Shown piece after piece: positions 7,258-14,006 of a stretch of DNA of 15,559 bases. The notes under the pieces are model-generated. The model was not told where the DNA came from. It saw only the letters and a program-made list of their open reading frames with translations, and searched no databases. Each line of letters starts with the position of its first letter. The first letter of the stretch is position 1. Origin of the DNA: Myxococcota bacterium (GTDB lineage: Bacteria > Myxococcota > JACRCW01); assembly GCA_040752415.1 (NCBI GenBank), contig JBFMGU010000253.1, forward strand, positions 1 to 15,559, in the 5' to 3' direction. The position numbers were made by a program, and so were the translations under genes.

Positions 7258-8480
7258 TGCGGGCTCACCCCCGCTTCCACGACGGTGATCTGGGAGCTCT
7301 CCACCCGCCAGATGTCATAGGGCGCCACCACGTCGCCCGCGCTGTCCATGTCCACCGAGCCGCTCGCGCCTTCGAAGTTGATGTCCTGACCCGCCTTCAC
7401 CGCCGCCAGCGCGTCCTTGAACGTGGCGGGAGAGAAGGTGGCACCGCCGGGCGCGGACAGATCGGCAAGCCTGGTCTTGATCGCCGCACCCTGGGCCTGT
7501 CCCGCCGCCTCCATGGCCAGCGCCACGAGATAGACCGCGTCGTAGATGTTCACGGCACCGGTGAAGCCTGCCGCGGGCTCGCGACCGTAGCGCGCGGAGA
7601 ACGCCGCGTTGAACGCGCTGGTGCGCTCACCCTGCGGCCGCGCGGGCGCGGTGCCCTCGTGCGGGAACGTGAACTGGCTGCCGCCGACGAGCGTGACGAA
7701 CCCGGTGTCGGAGAGCCCGTCGGAGAAGAACCACTGCGTGTTCCTGTCCGCGAAGGCGAGCAGGTAGTCCTTGATGATCTGCGCGCTGTCCACCGGGTAC
7801 CCCGCCAGCACCACGGCCTCCGGGTTGTCCGCGAAGACCGTCGTCAGCAGGTCGGTGTAGCTCTGTTGCGCCTCGGTGTAGGCCGTGGCGGAGGTGAGCG
7901 TGCCCCCCGCGGCGACGAACGCGTCCCGGAAGGCGTTGGACAGGCCCTCTCCGTACGCGCCCGGGACGTAGATGGTGGCTGCGCGGGTGAGGCTCTTGGC
8001 GCGGGCTCGCTGGGCCAGGACCCGACCCTGCAGCGCGTCCGAGGGCGTGGTGCGGAACAGGAGGCCGTCGTCGGCAACCGTGGTGAGCAGCGGGGACGTG
8101 GACGCGCCCGAGATGAGCACCACGCCCGCCGGCACGGTCACCTCCGCCACCGCCAGGGTCACACCGCTTGCGGTACTGCCCAGGATTGCCGGAACACCCA
8201 CGTCCACCAACGCCTGGGCGCCAGCCTTGGCCCTGTCCTTGTCCAGGGCCGGGTCGCGGTTGTCCAGCGCCAAGGTCGCGCCGAGGACACCGCCTGCCGC
8301 GTTGATCTCCTCGACGGCGAGCTTTGCGGCGTCCAGCTCCTCGGAGCCGATGTCCGCCAGGTCGCCGGTGAGGTCCAGGATGGCGCCCAACGTGATGACC
8401 TTCTTCTGCTCCTCCGGGGGCGGGGTGCAGCCCCCCAGGAGCAGCGCAGCAACAAGCAGACGGTGCGAGCGAAGTGACAC
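7254..8480 (-). CDS. Periplasmic binding lipoprotein, type I fold (branched-chain amino-acid/LivJ-like, Peripla_BP_6)
   Basis: GTG 8480 after GGAGGG; lipobox LLLGG-C; family motifs LGAILDLTG, AVEEINAAGGVLG, ISGASTSPLLT, FRTTPSDALQG, YDAVYLVALA, FEGASGSVDMDSAGD. Confidence 0.92.
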   Translation of the reverse strand: MSLRSHRLLVAALLLGGCTPPPEEQKKVITLGAILDLTGDLADIGSEELDAAKLAVEEINAAGGVLGATLALDNRDPALDKDRAKAGAQALVDVGVPAILGSTASGVTLAVAEVTVPAGVVLISGASTSPLLTTVADDGLLFRTTPSDALQGRVLAQRARAKSLTRAATIYVPGAYGEGLSNAFRDAFVAAGGTLTSATAYTEAQQSYTDLLTTVFADNPEAVVLAGYPVDSAQIIKDYLLAFADRNTQWFFSDGLSDTGFVTLVGGSQFTFPHEGTAPARPQGERTSAFNAAFSARYGREPAAGFTGAVNIYDAVYLVALAMEAAGQAQGAAIKTRLADLSAPGGATFSPATFKDALAAVKAGQDINFEGASGSVDMDSAGDVVAPYDIWRVESSQITVVEAGVSPQ

Positions 8481-8984
8481 GTTTCCCTCCCAGGGCGATT
8501 GATCCCGTTCGGGCTCCCACACCAACCGGGACCCGGTCAAGTTTCCGGTGCGCGCACACTGTGCGTGGCCACGGCACTATCGACGCGCGAAGGCACGCGT
8601 ACGTTGACCGCGCGTCACCACCTGCGTCGTCACCGTTCCAGGGTGTTGTCCAGGGCCAAGCGCTGACGGGTGCTGTGGCGCATGAGCGCGCGCGGCTGCC
8701 CCGCCGGAACAACGTGGAGCATTGGGGCGCGACAACGTTGAACGCCGACCCTCCGCCATGGTCGGTCGACCCGCGCGTCCTCGCAATCGCGGTGGGGTCC
8801 TTGCGAGGACCACGCGGTTCAGGCCGGACAGACACGGCATCGGATGGTGGCGCCGGGTGCGCCAGACCAGCGGGGAAGCTCGTGCGGGTCCTATTCGTAC
8901 GCTAACTGTCGCTAACTGGTTCCGAAGCGGACGAAGACCACGACCGCGCCGCGGTGTGCGCTCACGAGCGGTGCGGAACCTCCG

Positions 8985-10400
8985 CTACCAATGCAGCGAC
9001 AGCCAGGCTGCGAAGAAATCCACGTCGCGACCTGGCCCGGATTCACGCAGGAAAGGCCCCGCGAAGAAGTGCGCCAGTGAGAGGTGAAACGTGGCTTGCG
9101 GCACGGGAAGCCATGCCACATCCCAGGACACCTGGCTGCCCACGTACCTGGCCTTGCTCCGGTCGCCCGGCACCTGCAGCGCGCCCGACGCGGCATAGAC
9201 GCCGTCCGCCAGCGACGTCCGCCAGAAGAAATCCCAGTCCATGCTGACGCGCAGGTTGGCGGGCAGCCGGAGCTCCACCGCGGGGTGCAGGTCGACGTGG
9301 TTCTGCGGACCCATGAGCGCGGCCTCTCCATAGTAGGTGCCTCGGGGGTAGAGCGGGTTGAATGTCTGCAGCACGTGATCCGACGGAGCCACATCCCCGC
9401 TGGTCACGTTCGCGCGGAGTCCCAAGCGGGGGCGGCCCGGCAGGCGGGTGAGCCGGAATCCCACGTCGCTGGCGAGGGACCACGACCGGATTTCCGACGA
9501 GCCGAACGTGCCGACCTGGTAGACGCCCTCCACGTCGTAGTCCCAGGAAGAGACCTCGCCCCAGACCCGCAGGCCCAGGGAGTGGCGGAGCTCGTCGTCG
9601 GTGATGCCGGAGAACGACGAGTCCCTCCGGGCCAGGCTCAGTTGATAGAGGTCCAGGCCCACCACGCCCGGGATGAGCTCTCCCGCAACGTAGACGCCCC
9701 ACAGCGTCTCCCCGGGGTCGTGCCAATCGTCGAACGCCCCGCGGCTCGTCGCCACGGGCGAGAGCAGGAACGCGTCGGCCTGCCATCCCGCCAGTGACGC
9801 CACAACGCGGACGCCGTCGAAGCTCCGACGGACATTCGGCCCGTCCCGCACCGAGATGAGTCGCGAGGAGCCATAGGAAACTTCCTGCCGGCCCACCCTG
9901 GCCATCACGGCGAACGCCGGACCGGAACTGCTGTTGAGCTCCAGGAACAACGCCTGGACGTCCAGCGTGTCCTCGTCGACCGGACCCGGACCCGCGGCCT
10001 TCCCGGTGGCCAACGCGCTCCTAAGCTGGACGAATGCCCGGAAATAGGGTCCCAGGTGGAGGCTGGCATGCCCGCTGTAGCGTTGGAGCAGGTACCCGCT
10101 GGGGTCTTGCTTCCCGCGGCCCCAGGACGGGTTCCTCACCAGCTCATACCGTTCCCGGACGTCGCCGCCGAGGGTGAAGTACACGCTCTCCGGCCACAGC
10201 GGGATGTACTTCAACGGGTCCAGGAGCTCCGTCCTGCACGCGGCGGCGCGCAGCGACGAATGGTCCTCCTCCGCCCGCAACAGCTGCAGCGCGGGACGAC
10301 GACACGTGTCCTCATCTCCCTCCTCCCCGGCGAGCGCAAGCCGTGGCGCCCACAGCAGCAGGACCACCAGCGCGGCGCGCGCCGACACATGGGCCCTCAT
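8985..10400 (-). CDS. Alginate export (AlgE-like) family outer-membrane beta-barrel
   Basis: ATG 10400 with signal peptide (...LLLWAPRLALA); motifs LKYIPL, LGGDVRERYE, RVGRQEVSYGSSRLISVRDGPNVRRSFDG, SGD...TFNPLYPRG; C-terminal aromatic residue (WLSLHW). The upstream in-frame extension to 10832 is low-complexity and unlikely to be real. Confidence 0.88.
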   Translation of the reverse strand: MRAHVSARAALVVLLLWAPRLALAGEEGDEDTCRRPALQLLRAEEDHSSLRAAACRTELLDPLKYIPLWPESVYFTLGGDVRERYELVRNPSWGRGKQDPSGYLLQRYSGHASLHLGPYFRAFVQLRSALATGKAAGPGPVDEDTLDVQALFLELNSSSGPAFAVMARVGRQEVSYGSSRLISVRDGPNVRRSFDGVRVVASLAGWQADAFLLSPVATSRGAFDDWHDPGETLWGVYVAGELIPGVVGLDLYQLSLARRDSSFSGITDDELRHSLGLRVWGEVSSWDYDVEGVYQVGTFGSSEIRSWSLASDVGFRLTRLPGRPRLGLRANVTSGDVAPSDHVLQTFNPLYPRGTYYGEAALMGPQNHVDLHPAVELRLPANLRVSMDWDFFWRTSLADGVYAASGALQVPGDRSKARYVGSQVSWDVAWLPVPQATFHLSLAHFFAGPFLRESGPGRDVDFFAAWLSLHW

Positions 10401-10615
10401 GCCGGTCGTGGTCGCGCGTGGCGGGCGTGGGGTGGCGTTTCCGGGGCGTGGAGCCGGTCGTAGAGGAGACGGGTGAGGCGCGGCGGGATCACCCACGCCA
10501 GCGCCGCCACGGGGAATGCCGCCGAGATTCCAACCCGGATGGGCAACCGCGGGTCCAGGGGAACCGGGAATCCCAGGATGATGACCCGTGGCATCAGCGC
10601 CTCCGCAGTGCCCAT
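10397..10615 (-). CDS. Small hydrophobic protein (72 aa) or gene remnant coupled to the barrel gene
   Basis: GGGAGGGT ribosome-binding site just upstream of ATG 10615. Its TGA overlaps the barrel ATG (ATGA, 10397-10400). One hydrophobic stretch VGISAAFPVAALAWVIPPRLTRLL. Confidence 0.45.
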   Translation of the reverse strand: MGTAEALMPRVIILGFPVPLDPRLPIRVGISAAFPVAALAWVIPPRLTRLLYDRLHAPETPPHARHARPRPA

Positions 10616-10908
10616 GCCTCACCCTCCCACCTGGAGAAGGCACGGCCGGAACCACCATGGATTCAGCGTGGTTCCCGACGGTGGGAAGACTCTGGGAATG
10701 GAGGTAGCCGGCGCGCCCCGGGTGACAAGTGTCCATGGACGTGGTGGCACCGTCCGCGGCGCCGTTCGTGTCGGCTCCCCCACGTGTCGTTGCTGGAGAT
10801 GACGTTGGAGTCGGGGAAGGCGGGACGGTCAACGACGAGGGAGAAGGGCACCGTCGGGTTCACGCCTCGCCAGCTTCCCTGGATTGCCGGCGGGCTCCGG
10901 GCACAAGC

Positions 10909-11874
10909 CTACAGGTGCGTGCATTGGTCGCCGGTGCACTCGTACCCGGCGTCGACGTCACACTCGCTGTTGGCACTGCAACGGCAGCGGCTTCCCTGGC
11001 ACAACTGTCCATATGGACACGCCTCGGGACCGCAGCGGCACATGCGCTGCTGACAGTTTCCAGACTCGCACACCGTGGAGCAGGAGCCGCAGGTGTTGGG
11101 GTCGTTGAGGTCGGCCTCGCACTGGTCGACGTCGTCGGCGTTGCAGTTCGCGGTGTTGAGGCTGCACGGCATGGTGTAGCAGGCCTGGTCCAGCGGGCCG
11201 AAGCTGGTGCCGCAGCGGTAGTAGTCCCCTTCACCCACGGACATCGGCAGGTCGCGACAGTTTCCGCACGTCTCACCGCACGCCACCGGCGAGTTGCAGT
11301 TCGCGCACGTTCCATTGGCGGTGCACAGCTGTCCCGGCCCGCACAGCTCTCCCACCGCCACCGGCCCGCTGCCGGTCTGACAGGTCACGTTGGCGTCGGG
11401 AGTGCCCGCGTCCGGGCGCCCCGCGTCCACCCCGCCCGACGAGCTGGAGCTGCTGGAGATGGTGGCGCTTGAGGATGACGTCGCGGAGGAGGAGCTGGAC
11501 GTGGAAGCGCTGCCGCTGCTCGACGACGACACGCTCGCCGACGAGCTGGACGCGCTCCCCGACGAACTGGACCCGCTCCCCGACGAACTGGACCCGCTCC
11601 CCGACGAGCTGGACCCGCTCCCCGACGAGGACGCGCTGCCGCTCGACGTGCTGACCGACGTGGAGAGGGACCCGCTGGATGACGTGGAAGCGGGGGTGGA
11701 ACCACCACAGCGGTCACCGCCGCAACGTCCGCCGGTGCAGGTGTAGGCGTCCCCGCAGTCGGCGTCGACGTCACACAGCTTGCCGCAGACATCCACCCCC
11801 AACGCCTCGTCACAACCGGCCAAGGCCAGCACCGTCGTCACCACCACCCCGGCCACCCGGATGCGTCTCGTCAT
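10909..11874 (-). CDS. Cys-rich lipoprotein with long Ser/Gly linker (myxobacterial type)
   Basis: ATG 11874; lipobox LAG-C; small Cys module CDVDADCGDAYTCTGGRC; Ser-rich tract of about 85 aa; DAGRPDAGTPDA; Cys-rich C-terminus including CEADLNDPNTCGSCSTVC. Confidence 0.85.
   Translation of the reverse strand: MTRRIRVAGVVVTTVLALAGCDEALGVDVCGKLCDVDADCGDAYTCTGGRCGGDRCGGSTPASTSSSGSLSTSVSTSSGSASSSGSGSSSSGSGSSSSGSGSSSSGSASSSSASVSSSSSGSASTSSSSSATSSSSATISSSSSSSGGVDAGRPDAGTPDANVTCQTGSGPVAVGELCGPGQLCTANGTCANCNSPVACGETCGNCRDLPMSVGEGDYYRCGTSFGPLDQACYTMPCSLNTANCNADDVDQCEADLNDPNTCGSCSTVCESGNCQQRMCRCGPEACPYGQLCQGSRCRCSANSECDVDAGYECTGDQCTHL
11540..11629. repeat. Coding tandem repeat, 4 x 21 bp plus a partial unit (GS(G/A)SSSS on the minus strand)
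   Basis: GACGARCTGGACSCGCTCCCC units begin at 11540, 11561, 11582 and 11603; partial GACGAG at 11624. Confidence 0.95.
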
Positions 11875-11881
11875 GAGGCCC

Positions 11882-13015
11882 TCATGGTGCCACACACGCG
11901 CGAATGGATGCACCGCTGATCCCCTCCACCGGACGACACACGTAGCCCTGCATGTAGCCCGCGCAGTCGCCGTCCGTCTCGCAGCTCACCGCGCACACAC
12001 CGCCCGACACACACGCGGCTCCGTCGGGACAGCCGCTGGTGGACTGGCATTTCTGCGTGCACATGCCTCCGCCAAAGCGTTCCTCCTGCGCGCACACCCC
12101 GTGGCACTCCGCCTTGCTGCTGCACGCCGCACCCACGTTCTTGTTGCGCGGCCCCACGGTGCTCTTCCTCGACGTGGGCCGTGAGGACTTCCGGCCATTC
12201 CCCTCCGGCTGCTCACGCGGCTTGCTGCTGGTGGCCCCGCGCGCCTTGCCCTCCTTGCCGCCGTTCTGGACGCGCTTCAGGTCCTCCGCGGCGTTGCCGG
12301 TGGTGAAGAGGTCCAGCCGGAATTCCTGGTCTTCCCGGGGCGCGCCCAGCTGCTGGTACACCCACGCCGCGGCAAACGGCGCCAGGATCGACGTCGTCAC
12401 CAGGCCCGCGGTCCACAAGCAGGTGGAGATGAAGATGGCCGTGCCCGTGACGGGATGGGTCCACCAGTACCACCAGCGGTCCCAGCGCAGCCCGCGCGTG
12501 TCCGACCACACCAGGAACCACAAGGAGGGCCAGAACACCGACGCTGCCATCACCGCGCTCACCAGGGTCCCCACGACGCCAAGGGTGGCGGCGGTCAGCA
12601 CCGGGAAGACCAGCCCGCTCCTGACGTCGGAGAGGTAGGCCAGCAGCGCCCAGACCACCGCGCCGCCCAATCCCGTCATCAGCGCCCCCCAGACCAACGC
12701 AAAGGCGATGAACGCCCCGGCGTACGGCCCGAACGCGGCGAACCACAGGCAGGGCACCACGAAGAGGAGCAGCGGGACCATGGCGCCCACCGAACCCGCC
12801 ACCAGCAGCGCCGTTCCCCCCGTGAGCGCCGGCCCCTTCTTCTGCGCCTGCTCCGACGGCGCGGGCTTCTTCCCGGGTTTCTCCTTGTCCTTGATGACCA
12901 CGGTCATTCCGTCGTCACGGGGCTTCTCCGCGGCGGAGGCGGGCGCGGACAGCACCAGGGCGGCCAGGGCCACCGCGGGCATCCACGTCGTCATCCGGCG
13001 CGGTCTCCAGGTCAT
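11882..13015 (-). CDS. Exported multi-pass membrane protein with C-terminal 12-Cys domain
   Basis: Signal-like AVALAALVLSAPASA; about 4 long hydrophobic segments; Lys/Ser-rich linker; C-terminal ~80 aa with 12 Cys. Stop lies 7 nt from the lipoprotein start. The start is uncertain (ATG 13024, 13015, 12994 or 12982). Confidence 0.8.
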   Translation of the reverse strand: MTWRPRRMTTWMPAVALAALVLSAPASAAEKPRDDGMTVVIKDKEKPGKKPAPSEQAQKKGPALTGGTALLVAGSVGAMVPLLLFVVPCLWFAAFGPYAGAFIAFALVWGALMTGLGGAVVWALLAYLSDVRSGLVFPVLTAATLGVVGTLVSAVMAASVFWPSLWFLVWSDTRGLRWDRWWYWWTHPVTGTAIFISTCLWTAGLVTTSILAPFAAAWVYQQLGAPREDQEFRLDLFTTGNAAEDLKRVQNGGKEGKARGATSSKPREQPEGNGRKSSRPTSRKSTVGPRNKNVGAACSSKAECHGVCAQEERFGGGMCTQKCQSTSGCPDGAACVSGGVCAVSCETDGDCAGYMQGYVCRPVEGISGASIRACVAP

Positions 13016-13152
13016 GCCGAGCATGGGCTCCGTTGTAGCCCACGTTGTCGCCGCGACCTTGAAAACGACCTCCGACCCCTGGCTGTGTGGGGCTGCCGCA
13101 CCCCGGCGGTGACGGCTTGACGTCCCGCGGGCAGGAAGCACACAAGCGGAGC

Positions 13153-13902
13153 ATGGTTGCGGCGCGTCGTTGTCAGCTGGTGGTCACGCATTCCCCCGCG
13201 GAGGTGCAGGCGCAGGTCCTGGAGCACATCACCCATGAGCGACGACGGAACCGTCAGCCGGTGGTGCTCTTTGACCTGGACGGGACGCTCTTCGACAACG
13301 GCCCGCGCACCTGGGAGATCCTGCGGGAGTTCGCCCGGGAGACGGGGCGCGCGGGGCTGTTGGCCAAGCTGGAGGCGTTCCCGCGCGTGATGCTGCCCTA
13401 CACGCTGGCGGAGACGCTGGCGGAGGTGGATGAGACGGACCCGGTGCTGTGCCAGGACGCGCTGGCTTTCTGGAAGGCGCGTTTCTTCCGGGATGAGTAC
13501 ATCCGCCACGACGAGCCGCTGGCCGGAGCGCGGTCCTTTGTGCAGCGCTGCTGGGGGGAGGGCGCCACGGTGGTCTACTTCAGCGGCCGCGACAGCGCCG
13601 GAATGCTGCTGGGCACCGCGCAGAGCCTGAGGACGCACGGGTTCCCCGTGGGGCTGGCGCGCACCGTCATCACGTTGAAGGAAGCGTTCGAGACGGAGGA
13701 CCTGCATTTCAAGCGGGAGAGCGTGCAGTTCCTCAACACGCTGGGCAGCGTGGTGGCCTCGTTCGACAACGAGCCCGGCAACTGCAACATGTTCGCGGGT
13801 ACCTGGCCGCAGGCGGTGACGGTGGCCCTGGCCACGTCGCACGCGCCCAATCCCGTGCCGCTGGCCCCGTCGGTGAAGGTGACCGACGGATTCGCCGAGT
13901 GA
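13153..13902 (+). CDS. HAD-superfamily hydrolase (phosphatase-like)
   Basis: Motif I VLFDLDGTLFD; motif II VVYFSGR; conserved Lys (HFK); motif IV-like VASFDNEPGN. The start is uncertain (13153 or slightly downstream). Confidence 0.85.
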   Translation: MVAARRCQLVVTHSPAEVQAQVLEHITHERRRNRQPVVLFDLDGTLFDNGPRTWEILREFARETGRAGLLAKLEAFPRVMLPYTLAETLAEVDETDPVLCQDALAFWKARFFRDEYIRHDEPLAGARSFVQRCWGEGATVVYFSGRDSAGMLLGTAQSLRTHGFPVGLARTVITLKEAFETEDLHFKRESVQFLNTLGSVVASFDNEPGNCNMFAGTWPQAVTVALATSHAPNPVPLAPSVKVTDGFAE

Positions 13903-13937
13903 AATCTGCCGACGAGAAACAACGCGACCTTTGGGTG

Positions 13938-13978
13938 ACTTGGCCGACGCGCGAGCCCCGCGCGATGCGCGGCCAAGT
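13938..13978. terminator. GC-rich hairpin between convergent genes (possible bidirectional terminator or 3' stabiliser)
   Basis: ACTTGGCCG (13938-13946) pairs with CGGCCAAGT (13970-13978); inner CGCGCG 13948-13953/13959-13964. There is no clear U-tract, so it is not a canonical intrinsic terminator. Confidence 0.45.
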
Positions 13979-14006
13979 GGCCGACACGCTCTCCAGGAAA
14001 GCAGAA

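Noticed and set aside
10401..10832. N-terminal 144-aa extension of the AlgE-like ORF
   Set aside because: Pro/Gly/Arg-rich non-protein-like sequence; a signal peptide begins at ATG 10400.
10663..10863. 66-aa minus ORF (NPTVPFSLVVDRPAFPDSNV...) as a gene or remnant
   Set aside because: The start looks protein-like, but I cannot tie it to any family and the rest is low-complexity.
11390..11746. Acidic DELDPLP-repeat ORF on the + strand
   Set aside because: Antisense reading of the Ser-rich linker of the lipoprotein, which has a clear signal peptide and lipobox.
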